Shown: positions 1 to 8,957 of the stretch, in pieces
Layout of the letters: the number at the start of each line of letters is the position of its first letter
Numbering within the stretch: the first letter of the stretch is position 1
Source of the DNA: a virus
Virus record (IMG/VR): IMGVR_UViG_3300025687_000001
Span: 32,001 to 96,000 of that record
Length of the DNA stretch: 64,000 nt
Strand: one strand, 5' to 3'
Translations under genes and position numbers: made by a program
The notes under the pieces: model-generated
What the model was told of the DNA's origin: nothing
The model's database searches: none
What the model saw: the letters and a program-made list of their open reading frames with translations, nothing else

Positions 1-1
1 C

Positions 2-385
2 ACGCACCCCCGGGCTAAGGTACTATTGGCGCAGATCTCCATGGGCATCGGTGTCACGTTCAAAGCACCTGTCATGGTCTACTCGGAGGTGGACTGGCGC
101 CTTGATTTCTGGTTGCAGAGCTTGGACCGCAATTACGGCATTAGAGCCAAAGGGTTCAAGAAGCTACTAGTTCAAACAGTAGCTGCTCGAGGGTCTTTGA
201 CAGAATCTACGTTGAATCTGTTAAAAGAAAAGCGAGACGTAGCTGAACTGCTCGCACGAAAGCCCTCTTGCGTGGGCTGCGAACAGGTCTCTACTTGTTT
301 GGCGCAGGGTACTGAGCCCTTTGAAGAGGGGTGCAAGTACGACAGCAAAGTCTCCCTCGCCAAGGTTCGTCCGAAGTTTCTTTAG
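2..385 (+). CDS. C-terminal part of an SNF2-family helicase (truncated at window start)
   Basis: Frame is open from base 2. VLLAQISMGIGVTF...VYSEVDWRLDFWLQSLDRNYGI...GSLTESTLNLLKEK resembles the SNF2 HELICc motif V/VI region. Cys-rich tail. Confidence 0.6.
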   Translation, partial: THPRAKVLLAQISMGIGVTFKAPVMVYSEVDWRLDFWLQSLDRNYGIRAKGFKKLLVQTVAARGSLTESTLNLLKEKRDVAELLARKPSCVGCEQVSTCLAQGTEPFEEGCKYDSKVSLAKVRPKFL

Positions 386-386
386 C

Positions 387-830
387 TTGCTAGTAACGAT
401 CACCACAGACGGGTCAGCAGTTAAGAACCCGGGCCCAATTCGCATTGGGGCCGTTCTGCAAGACGCTGACGGAAACATTCTCGCCTTGCTGTCAGAAGAC
501 GCAGGCGTAGGTACAAACAACGTCGCAGAGTACCGAGCGATTCTTAGAGGACTTGAGGTGGCGGAGCGGCTAGGAGCCAGCCACGCTACCGTTTACTCAG
601 ACTCGCAACTCTGCATCAAACAACTCAATGGCGAGTACGTGGTAAAAAATATCCGCTTGCGCCATTGGTACGATAAAATACGGCGACTGGAAAAGCGTAT
701 TACGCGCGTACGGTACCGGTGGCAAAGCCGCGAAGAGGGCCTTCAGCCTGACGCGGATGCACTTGCTGCCGGAGGCGAAGAAGCCCAAACCGTGCTGCTG
801 AAGTACGCTCGAGTCGCTGTTCAGGAGTAA
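387..830 (+). CDS. rnhA: Ribonuclease HI
   Basis: Motifs TDGSAVKNPG, GTNNVAEYRA, YSDSQL and DADALA. TTG start at 387 chosen because it follows the upstream stop. Confidence 0.9.
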   Translation: MLVTITTDGSAVKNPGPIRIGAVLQDADGNILALLSEDAGVGTNNVAEYRAILRGLEVAERLGASHATVYSDSQLCIKQLNGEYVVKNIRLRHWYDKIRRLEKRITRVRYRWQSREEGLQPDADALAAGGEEAQTVLLKYARVAVQE

Positions 831-833
831 GTC

Positions 834-1658
834 ATGCCCATTGGGCTCGACGTCGATTTTGAAGACACGGAACGAGGACCCGCTTCCCCCGCTTTGGAAG
901 TTCCCGGCGGGTACCTCTCCAACAGCCGCATTGCCAAATACTTACGTTGCGGCGAAAACTTTAGACGTACGTACGTAGAAGGGAACCGCTGGCGCGGCAA
1001 CGCCAGCACTTCCGTAGGGAAGTCGGTCCACGCCCTGGTCGAAAACACCCTTCGAGATTTCATGGCCACTGGGTACCTCCGTCCGATTGAAGCAGGGCTC
1101 GACGAGGCCAGTGGAGTAACCACGGGGATCTTGAATGACACAGAGCTGGTCGGAGACGAGTTAGCTGTCTCTAACGACGAGTACATAGCTCGAGTGCAGC
1201 GCGCCTACAAAGTCTGGCATGAGCTGCGGGCACCTGAGATTGTGCCGGTGGTAGTTGAAAAAGAGTTCGACCAGCCGGTTAACGGCGTGAGGGTCAAAGG
1301 AATCATTGACCTTATTGACGCTGGTAGCGGAACCAATACGATCATTGACTTGAAGATCACCAAGCGTAAAAAGTCAGAACGCGAAGCTAAAAATTCCCTG
1401 CAGCTCGCGCTTTACGCAAACGTTACCAGCGTCCCTCGAGTGGGGTTTGACGCAATCGTAGACAAGGCCTCTGGAACAGAAGTTCACCCGGTGAGGGTTA
1501 CTCTCACCCCGGGCGAAATCAAGTGGGCAGGCACCCTAGTGCGAAACGTAGCAGAGAGCATCTCCAAGGGGGTGTTTCCGCTATCTTCGCCAGAAGAGTG
1601 GTGGTGCTCTGAAAGCTTCTGTCCCTTTTGGAAGGACTGTCGCGGCGGCGCCGGATAG
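834..1658 (+). CDS. Cas4-like/RecB-family PD-(D/E)XK exonuclease
   Basis: LSNSRI..YLRC, GKSVH, VVEKEF, GIIDLID, IIDLK, QLALY and a C-terminal CxxxxCxxxxxC cluster. Confidence 0.85.
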   Translation: MPIGLDVDFEDTERGPASPALEVPGGYLSNSRIAKYLRCGENFRRTYVEGNRWRGNASTSVGKSVHALVENTLRDFMATGYLRPIEAGLDEASGVTTGILNDTELVGDELAVSNDEYIARVQRAYKVWHELRAPEIVPVVVEKEFDQPVNGVRVKGIIDLIDAGSGTNTIIDLKITKRKKSEREAKNSLQLALYANVTSVPRVGFDAIVDKASGTEVHPVRVTLTPGEIKWAGTLVRNVAESISKGVFPLSSPEEWWCSESFCPFWKDCRGGAG

Positions 1659-1701
1659 CTACCGAACTCCCGGCCCTCGGTAGCGAGGGATTATTTATCC
1701 T

Positions 1702-1980
1702 ATGGATAGAGACCCTATAACAACGGCACTAGCCGAAAACCCTTCTAGAGAAAAAGCGGAAAAGATCCTAACCGCCCTTGAAGCCCTAGTAGATGTGGGC
1801 AGCGTGCTTGTAGCCCGCACGGGTAAGCCTTCCCTGAAATTGGGAATCGTAGCCCTGCGAGCGTCCATAAAAGCAGTCAAGGCATACCTGGCTACGCGCA
1901 CAGGTGCGGATCTGTATTTAGCAGTGGACAACACCAACCCCCCAACTGAGCGAAAGGAAGACGATATTGTCCTTCACTGA
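1702..1980 (+). CDS. Hypothetical protein
   Basis: 92-aa ORF filling the gap between co-oriented genes. Confidence 0.5.
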   Translation: MDRDPITTALAENPSREKAEKILTALEALVDVGSVLVARTGKPSLKLGIVALRASIKAVKAYLATRTGADLYLAVDNTNPPTERKEDDIVLH

Positions 1981-2941
1981 AGCTGACGTTTCTCTCTCTG
2001 AGCTGCATGTCGATCCCGAAAACAACACTCGGGAGGACTATGGCGACATCGACGAACTAAAGACTCGCATCAAGGCACTGGGCCTGTGGGGACGTATCCA
2101 CGTAAGCGAGGTAGTCGATGAGGGTGACGGAAAGAAGTATACCCTCGAAAACGGGTTCCGCCGTGTTCGCGCTGTCAGCGAACTAGTCAGCGAAGGCGTC
2201 ACCCACAGCAAGACGGGGCAGGACCTTCGTACCCTGAAGGCGCAAGTGCTAGACGGCAGCATGACCGACACGGAGCGTGCAGAGCTCATGCTGGCCATCA
2301 ACACTAGCCAGAAAGCCTGGACCCCGTACGAGCAGGCCAAGGAGATCGAGTACCTTCTTCAGAACGGGATTGACCTTCCGGACATTCAGGAGCGGTTGGG
2401 GCTAAAGGAGCTGGCGGTTAAGCAGCGGCTAGCCCTCCTGTCGGCGCCAGACTTTCTCCAAGACGCGCTAGCGAAGAACGAGGTCTCCGCAACCCACGCT
2501 CGAGCTATCCTTCGTGTGCCCAACGAAGACATGCAGAAGGAGCTAACCCAGAAGGCTGTGTCGGAAGATCTGGCTACTCGCGAAATCGAGACCCTGGCTG
2601 AAACCATGGTCGAGAAGGCGGTGGAGCAGGGAGCACCTGAGCCTCGCCGTAAGCGCAAGAAGAAGGATGAAGGTGCCGTCAGCGTTCCCAAGACCCCTAC
2701 GCTGCCTGTGCGTCCTGCGGAAGAGATCATCGCTGAGATGGAGGCCTACCAGGCCGCGATGCTCGACGCTGACGAGGTCACCAAGGTGGAGCTGGAGGCG
2801 TACGTAGCAGCGCTTAGCTGGACGCTGTACGACGCGGACATTTCTCCGGCCGCCGAGGACACCGCTGACGCCGACGACGTTGATGAGTCGGAAGAGGAAG
2901 CTGATCTGGACGACGACGACGCGACGGAGGCGGCTTCCTAG
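1967..2941 (+). CDS. ParB/RepB/Spo0J-family protein with acidic C-terminal tail
   Basis: NTREDY, LENGFRRVRA (GxRRxxA), an HTH region (IQERLGLK...VKQRLALL) and VSATHARAIL. Confidence 0.85.
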   Translation: MSFTEADVSLSELHVDPENNTREDYGDIDELKTRIKALGLWGRIHVSEVVDEGDGKKYTLENGFRRVRAVSELVSEGVTHSKTGQDLRTLKAQVLDGSMTDTERAELMLAINTSQKAWTPYEQAKEIEYLLQNGIDLPDIQERLGLKELAVKQRLALLSAPDFLQDALAKNEVSATHARAILRVPNEDMQKELTQKAVSEDLATREIETLAETMVEKAVEQGAPEPRRKRKKKDEGAVSVPKTPTLPVRPAEEIIAEMEAYQAAMLDADEVTKVELEAYVAALSWTLYDADISPAAEDTADADDVDESEEEADLDDDDATEAAS

Positions 2942-3010
2942 AGTCCTCGCGGGCGCTTCAGGGACGCGCCATAACGGCTCACCCCCCTACAGCCCTGAAG
3001 CTACACACGT

Positions 3011-3042
3011 CCCCGGCCGTGGCCCAAAGCCGGGGTTCTTTT
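3011..3042 (+). terminator. Intrinsic terminator
   Basis: ccccggc/gccgggg stem followed by ttctttt, between convergent genes. Confidence 0.7.
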
Positions 3043-3045
3043 AGT

Positions 3046-3834
3046 TCAAAAGACGTCGTGAAACTCGCGCACTTCGTCGTACGCCATCCAGCGCCGCAAT
3101 TTAGAAAGCGAGCCTGCCTTCAATTGCCGCACACGCTCACTGCTGAGCCCTAAATACGTGGCAATCTGCCGGAGGCGCAGTCCCTCGCCTTCATTGATGA
3201 GCCCGAAGTACGCGCGCAGGATGAACTGCTCCCGCACGGTCAAAAAGCGAAACCAGCGTCCGAAGAGCTCTCGAGCGTCCGAGACGCTTTGAAGCTCCTC
3301 CCTTGGGGAGTCTGGCTCGAAGTTACCGGTTAAGTCTGCTGAAGGGAGGTTGGGCGGGGAGTCTTCTGGAGCGGCGGAGATAGCTTGATATCGACTGTCC
3401 GCGGAGGACACGTTTTCCCCGCGGGCCCGCCTAGTAGAGGCGGACTGCATTCGGTATTTCTTCTCCTTTGAGGAGGGCGCTACGACCTCGTGCAAGGAGG
3501 TCAGTTCTGTGCGCATGTGCATCAGTATCCAGAAAGCGGCATACGATGCGAAGCGCGTCCCCCTCTCAGGATCGAATTTATCGACAGCCTCCATAAGCCC
3601 TACATTCCCTGCCGAAATAAGTGCTTTTAAGGTGTCGGGGTTCTTGTCCATCCAGTACCGACGGGCTAAGCTGAACACCAGCTTCAAGCAACTCTCGACC
3701 AGCAAGCGCCGGAGGTTAGGGCACGAAGTTTCTATGTACTCGCGGAAAAGTTCGCGTTCCTCTTCGGGGGAGTAGGTCCGCACCCTGCTTAGGGCTAGGT
3801 AATAAGCCTTGAGAACAGGGTCAGACGAATTCAT
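3046..3834 (-). CDS. Sigma-70 family RNA polymerase sigma factor (RpoD/RpoH-like)
   Basis: Region 1.2 (LKAYY...EEEREL), region 2 (GNVGLMEAVDKFDPERGTRFASYAAFWI) and region 4 (LTVREQFIL...LGLSSERVRQL). ATG at 3834 chosen. Confidence 0.9.
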   Translation of the reverse strand: MNSSDPVLKAYYLALSRVRTYSPEEERELFREYIETSCPNLRRLLVESCLKLVFSLARRYWMDKNPDTLKALISAGNVGLMEAVDKFDPERGTRFASYAAFWILMHMRTELTSLHEVVAPSSKEKKYRMQSASTRRARGENVSSADSRYQAISAAPEDSPPNLPSADLTGNFEPDSPREELQSVSDARELFGRWFRFLTVREQFILRAYFGLINEGEGLRLRQIATYLGLSSERVRQLKAGSLSKLRRWMAYDEVREFHDVF

Positions 3835-3932
3835 GGGTACCCATAAGCTTGCTGCCAGTGTAGGCAGTGTACCAGGAAAAAGAGGAGACGTCTCCTCTAA
3901 CAATGTCAACGACTTACAAGGAAATACACCTA

Positions 3933-4799
3933 GTGTCAACGACTGAATTGGCCATCAAGGCCGAAGACCTTTTTGCTCTAGAGCATCTGACCGAGGTCCA
4001 GCAGGAGATGCTGGAAACCCTGCTGAGCCGTTTCTCCGGAGGTAGCAACGCCGGAGGGCCCGTGGGGCTGGATATCACGGACGACACCCAGTCCCCGCTC
4101 CAGCTCCCCGTGGTCAAGCTGCGTCAGCGGATGACCACAGACCCGTCGTGTCCGGAGACGGCGAAGATCGGGGATCTGTACGCCACCAGCGGCGATCTGC
4201 TAGACAACCCCTTGACGGTGATCCCTGTCGCTATCTGGAACTCCAACATCAAGTGGGAGGAGGGCGGCGGCAAGAACATCGAGTGCTCCAGCCCTGACGG
4301 TAAGTGGGGCGCCATCAACATCGCTTGCGCTGACTGCCCGGACAAGCCCTGGCGGGACAACACAAAGCAGGCGTGCGACAACGTTCTCAACGCGGTGGTT
4401 CTCACGGAGAACCTCGGACTTTACCAGGTTCGCTTCTCCGGGACGTCGTACACGGCCGGGCGCACCCTGGTTCGTTTCGCGCGTACGCTTCCCAACCTGT
4501 GGTGTCGGACTTTCGCTATCTGCTCTTCTTCTCGGAAGAACAACAAGGGCGAGTACTTTGTGTTCGAGACCAAGGCCACGGGTGAGGAGCCCACTGCGGA
4601 CGTTCAGAAGGTTGCGGAGTACGTTTGCCGTAGCCTGGCCGCCGCCCGAGAAGGCTTCCTGATGGATTGGTACAAGCGCGTCAAGAGTGGCGGCTCCATG
4701 CCCGAGCAGACCGAGACGACGGGTGGGGTTACCACCATCGGGACCGAGGTGCTCTCCTCCTCGGCCGCGGATGACGACCCGGACTTCGGAGAGATGTGA
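3933..4799 (+). CDS. Putative single-stranded DNA-binding/annealing protein
   Basis: Lies in the replication cluster. LPVVKLRQ...GDLY and CSSPDG..CADC..C motifs, plus an acidic-aromatic C-terminus (DDDPDFGEM) typical of SSBs. Start could be 3903 or 3933. Confidence 0.55.
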   Translation: MSTTELAIKAEDLFALEHLTEVQQEMLETLLSRFSGGSNAGGPVGLDITDDTQSPLQLPVVKLRQRMTTDPSCPETAKIGDLYATSGDLLDNPLTVIPVAIWNSNIKWEEGGGKNIECSSPDGKWGAINIACADCPDKPWRDNTKQACDNVLNAVVLTENLGLYQVRFSGTSYTAGRTLVRFARTLPNLWCRTFAICSSSRKNNKGEYFVFETKATGEEPTADVQKVAEYVCRSLAAAREGFLMDWYKRVKSGGSMPEQTETTGGVTTIGTEVLSSSAADDDPDFGEM

Positions 4800-4803
4800 G
4801 TCT

Positions 4804-4849
4804 CAGGCGGGGGTGCTGCACAATTGCGCCCCCGCCTGGTCTCTTTTTT
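4804..4849 (+). terminator. Intrinsic terminator
   Basis: caggcgggggtgc/gcgcccccgcctg stem followed by a T-run. Confidence 0.75.
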
Positions 4850-4859
4850 AGGAGAAAGA

Positions 4860-5636
4860 ATGCACAAGTTTTCCGAAGCAGCGTTGTCGGGGGCGCCTTG
4901 GTCCGTGTCCAAGGCTGATACTGCAATCAAGTGCCCGCTTAAGTACACGTATCAGTACGTCGAGAAGTTAAAGCTCACCGGCGCGCAAGCTGCGAATCTA
5001 GACGACACGGCTCTCCGCGTTGGCAGCGCCGCCCACGAGTACGCGGAGGCCTGCGCCAAGGGTCGCCCTAAGACAATGGCGCTTAGGCAGGCCATCAAGA
5101 AGAACAAGCTTCTCTCTGAAGAGAAGGAGAAGCTCGAGTACCTCATCCCGGGCATCGAAGAGTTTCTTACGCGCGTAGAAGCGTTTAAGACTAATCAGGG
5201 AATCAGCGACGACCTGGTAGAGGGAGACTTCGGCATTACTGCGGAGGGTGCACCAACCGGGTTTTGGGACGACGACGTTTTCTTTCGATGGAAGGTTGAC
5301 CGCCAGCTAGTCTCTGCTACCGGCAAGACGGCGGCGATTATTGACCTGAAGACGGGAAAGTCTACTTCGCTTCGTTGGTCCCAGAATCAGTTGGACGCGT
5401 ACGCTTACGGCGCGTTCTGCGCGTATCCGGAGCTCGAGCGTGTACGGTGTGGGTTGTTTTCTGCTATGGACGGAGACTTCATTTGGGCTCCGGAGTACCG
5501 TAGAGACACTATGGATGACAACCCCACCCCCGCTTTCCTGGAAGAAGCGGCCGAAGCCTCTACGTCGACGGAAGCCAAGCCCGGTAAGCACTGCAACTGG
5601 TGCCCCTACCAGAACGTCTGCCCGGCAAAGCAGTGA
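4860..5636 (+). CDS. Second Cas4-like PD-(D/E)XK nuclease
   Basis: WSVSK..CP, GSAAH, LVEGDF, KVDR, IIDLKTG, QLDAY and HCNWCPYQNVC. Confidence 0.85.
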   Translation: MHKFSEAALSGAPWSVSKADTAIKCPLKYTYQYVEKLKLTGAQAANLDDTALRVGSAAHEYAEACAKGRPKTMALRQAIKKNKLLSEEKEKLEYLIPGIEEFLTRVEAFKTNQGISDDLVEGDFGITAEGAPTGFWDDDVFFRWKVDRQLVSATGKTAAIIDLKTGKSTSLRWSQNQLDAYAYGAFCAYPELERVRCGLFSAMDGDFIWAPEYRRDTMDDNPTPAFLEEAAEASTSTEAKPGKHCNWCPYQNVCPAKQ

Positions 5637-5642
5637 TCTCCC

Positions 5643-8600
5643 GTGGCGAAACTTTCCCGACGGCAGAGCTTTTCCGGCAATAAATTTCGTGGAGTCTGGG
5701 CTGAGCTAAAGCCAGAAGCGTGGTTCACCCTTCTCAAGGAGATTAGCCCGGATAGCGAATTCAGCCTTCGCGGAGAGGCGCTGCTAGGGTGTTGTCCCTA
5801 CCCGCAGCATAACGACAGTACCCCCTCGTTTTGGGTCTACCCTAAGCGGGGGTACGCAAAGTGCTTTGGCTGCAACCGCTTTGAATCCAACCCAGTCAGG
5901 TTCCTGTCTGACATTTCGGGCATGTCTTGGGCGGAGGCCGTTTCCTTCTATAGGAACAAGTTTTCGGTCACCAGCTTCCCCAAGACGGTTGGAAAAGAAC
6001 TAGACCAACGCGAAGGGCTACAGCGAGTACGCAGCGTTATAGCGAAAGTCAGTAAAGAGTGCCTGTTGCGCGCACTGCAGCCGTATGCTGACGGAGACCA
6101 AAAGTCTGAGTACGCTATTTTCTTCGCCGCGCTGAAGTACTTGGAGGGTCGAGGAATCCCACTAGACCGGAGCCTCCTGAAAGCTCTGCCCGTGGGGGTG
6201 CTCCCTCCGCTAAAGATGGTTACTAAGATCGCAGGGCCGGACGTCTCTAAGCACTGCTACGATTACCTCCAGAAGTACATGACGACCTCCTACTTGGGGG
6301 CGTTGATGTTCAGCTACAACGACACGCCAACGTCCATTGGGGGGTTCAAACTCCGCGCAGACTTCTTGCGTGCAGAGGGCACCAAGGACCACGTCTACGT
6401 CAAGAACCCTGACGATTCCCCGATAGGGATTTTTGGGCTTAAGTTCTACAGCTCCCTTATCCGTGGTAACTCAGGGCACAAAGAAGCCCTGGTCATGGAG
6501 GGGGAGTTTGACGTGCTCTCCAACCTGGTGCACCAGCTCCAGGACAAAAAGCCCTATGACATCGTCCTAGGCACCGGCGGCAGTTCGGACATCTACCTGG
6601 ATGACCTGGAAGAGTTCGGCATAGAAAAGGTCCTGCTGGTCCCTGATGGTCCCGACCACGGCGGTAACGAGATAGCCGAAAGTTGGCTCAAGCGTACCAA
6701 CATACCCGCTAACGTATTTACCTGGCCTGCAGCAGTTAAGTCCAAAGACCCAGACGAGGCTATTCTCACGTACGGGTGGGAGCAGTGGCTGACTGCGTTA
6801 ACTGAGGTTGACGAGAATAGCGAACAGCGCGTCAACTTCATTCTGCCGCACGAGTGGGCTGCGCGTCGTCTGCGGGAAAAGCTCATCGACGCTGACTTCG
6901 AGGACGTCCGGGCGCTGAAAACCCTGGCGGCCCGCGTGGGCGAATGTCTCCTAGACCCCTCGGAGCAGAAGGCGTACATCGACAGCGCGGTGCAGTTTAC
7001 CGGGCTGTCCCCCTCGGACCTCATAGCTCTCATCGTTGGGGGAGAGGACACCGAGGAGGGCTTCATGCAGCGCATCGTGTTTGCGCTGCAACAGGAGTAC
7101 ACTTTCCTGGGAACGGAGCCTAGCCAGGCCGGACTCCGCTTGACGTTCTGGCACAAGAAGAAGCGTCTGCTGCGTACGGCGTCCATCAGCCGGACGTCAG
7201 ACCTGTTCTCCACTATCAACGCAGATTTGGGCACATTCGTCGACTGGGCTAGAGAAAATGTTGGCGTACCCGACTGGGTAGCAACTAAGTCCGCTGGTAG
7301 CAGCGGCGGCGTGATGCCGGTACGGTACTCCGATCAGGAAAAGATCGTCAGGAACTACGTAGAGCTAGCCCTGACCCGTCTCCTGAAGACGCTGCCTGCC
7401 ATGCAGGACCTCATCCAGCTGAAGGCTGGGTGTCACTACATCGACGTCAAGTTCAAGAAGAAGACGGAGAAGCGCTGGGTCATCGTCAACGGAAACGACG
7501 TGTACCTGGGGGTGCCTGAAGAGTCGGGAGTATCCTGGCGTGTCTTGGACGGTCCGCAACTCGGCACGTACATCTTCAACTTAAATCGCCGTGCATGGAG
7601 TGCAGAGCTAACCGGCCTCGACGATTTAAACGAGGGTCTGGGGTCAGATTTGCCCTGGGCTTTCCGGTTCATTTGCAACGTCATCGACACCTGCTGGCGG
7701 TTTAAGCACCAGCAGGAAGACGTGCAGTACATAGCCGCAGCGCTCATGTTGAACACAGTGTGCTCGGCTCTTCCTCGCCAGCTATACACGATGATCAACG
7801 GCCCTCGTGGGTCCGGTAAATCTTCGCTGCTAGGCCTGCTGTCCGGCAACAACCCGACAACTAGGTTGCTCGAAGCTGCCTTCACTATGGACAGCTACAC
7901 TGTTGCGGGTTTCAGAAAGGAGATGAACCACTGCTCTCTCGGCGCTGTACTAGACGAGTTCGAGGACCAGGGCAACGACACTCACAGTCGCAACGTGCGC
8001 GGCATCCTGCGGGATATCCGCGGACTCACTAGTAACCCCGAAGCGCGTATCTTGCGCGGCAACATGGAAAACCCAGAAGCCACCGCCTACGTCCTCCGGT
8101 GCCAGATCTGGGCCGCTGCCATCCAGTACTTGAGGGACGAGGCGGACGTAAGCCGCTTCGTGCAGATCAAGACCGACATTGCTGAGGGGCACCCAAACCC
8201 CAAAACAACAATGGCTACGATGTTCTCAGAGACGGATTTTCGGAGAGCACGTAGGGCACTGACGCTGGGCATGTTCAAGGTCGTCCCGGATCTCCTCAAG
8301 GAAATCAAGTGGTTGCGCGGAGTCTACGCGTCACAAGGACTCATGTCGGCTCTGTCAGACCACGCGGGCGTTACCGTGCCTAGCCGGTACCTAGACGGCG
8401 TCCTCATCCCTGCTGCGATACTTAAGCTGGTGGGGCAGGACCCGCACGAGTTCATCACTAGATTCGTGACAGCCAAGGCCACTATGCTTAAGCAGGTTGT
8501 GGGCGCGTCGCACGAGAAGTCGCTTCTTGACCACATTCTCTCGGCGCAACTTCAGTACTCGAAGCCCGGGTCGGACGTACGGCACACCAACGTTCGAGGC

Positions 8601-8957
8601 CTCCTGTCTAGCCCTACAGAGCGTACGCTACTCAACGAAACTGAGTCCGGGGTTTACTACGTAGACTTCGCCTTGGACGCTAGCCAGCCCACTACAAAAA
8701 CTAGCTGGTTGATTGTGTTGTGGGCTGACGCCATCCATAGCGTACTGAAAACAGTAGGTCCTCTCCGAGGAGAAACCCCCGCGCGCCTGAAGCAGCTGGC
8801 TGAGGCAAGCGGCTCTATGGTCGTCTCTCCCAGAGAGTTCCACAAAATCCCTGGAGGGATCGCACCGCACCTCAAGGTCGGCGTGAAAATCACTGACTTC
8901 ACGGTGTTTGACATCACCGATATGCTCACTGCATGGGATGAATCCCGAATTGACTAA
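5643..8957 (+). CDS. DNA primase-helicase (CHC2 zinc finger + TOPRIM + P-loop NTPase)
   Basis: CCPYPQHNDSTPSF...KCFGC, VMEGEFD, PDGPDHGG and KDPDE; Walker A GPRGSGKS and Walker B VLDEFE. Confidence 0.85.
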   Translation: MAKLSRRQSFSGNKFRGVWAELKPEAWFTLLKEISPDSEFSLRGEALLGCCPYPQHNDSTPSFWVYPKRGYAKCFGCNRFESNPVRFLSDISGMSWAEAVSFYRNKFSVTSFPKTVGKELDQREGLQRVRSVIAKVSKECLLRALQPYADGDQKSEYAIFFAALKYLEGRGIPLDRSLLKALPVGVLPPLKMVTKIAGPDVSKHCYDYLQKYMTTSYLGALMFSYNDTPTSIGGFKLRADFLRAEGTKDHVYVKNPDDSPIGIFGLKFYSSLIRGNSGHKEALVMEGEFDVLSNLVHQLQDKKPYDIVLGTGGSSDIYLDDLEEFGIEKVLLVPDGPDHGGNEIAESWLKRTNIPANVFTWPAAVKSKDPDEAILTYGWEQWLTALTEVDENSEQRVNFILPHEWAARRLREKLIDADFEDVRALKTLAARVGECLLDPSEQKAYIDSAVQFTGLSPSDLIALIVGGEDTEEGFMQRIVFALQQEYTFLGTEPSQAGLRLTFWHKKKRLLRTASISRTSDLFSTINADLGTFVDWARENVGVPDWVATKSAGSSGGVMPVRYSDQEKIVRNYVELALTRLLKTLPAMQDLIQLKAGCHYIDVKFKKKTEKRWVIVNGNDVYLGVPEESGVSWRVLDGPQLGTYIFNLNRRAWSAELTGLDDLNEGLGSDLPWAFRFICNVIDTCWRFKHQQEDVQYIAAALMLNTVCSALPRQLYTMINGPRGSGKSSLLGLLSGNNPTTRLLEAAFTMDSYTVAGFRKEMNHCSLGAVLDEFEDQGNDTHSRNVRGILRDIRGLTSNPEARILRGNMENPEATAYVLRCQIWAAAIQYLRDEADVSRFVQIKTDIAEGHPNPKTTMATMFSETDFRRARRALTLGMFKVVPDLLKEIKWLRGVYASQGLMSALSDHAGVTVPSRYLDGVLIPAAILKLVGQDPHEFITRFVTAKATMLKQVVGASHEKSLLDHILSAQLQYSKPGSDVRHTNVRGLLSSPTERTLLNETESGVYYVDFALDASQPTTKTSWLIVLWADAIHSVLKTVGPLRGETPARLKQLAEASGSMVVSPREFHKIPGGIAPHLKVGVKITDFTVFDITDMLTAWDESRID

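Noticed and set aside
834-5636. CRISPR-Cas locus
   Set aside because: Only solo Cas4-like nucleases are present; no repeat-spacer array or other cas genes were seen in the window.
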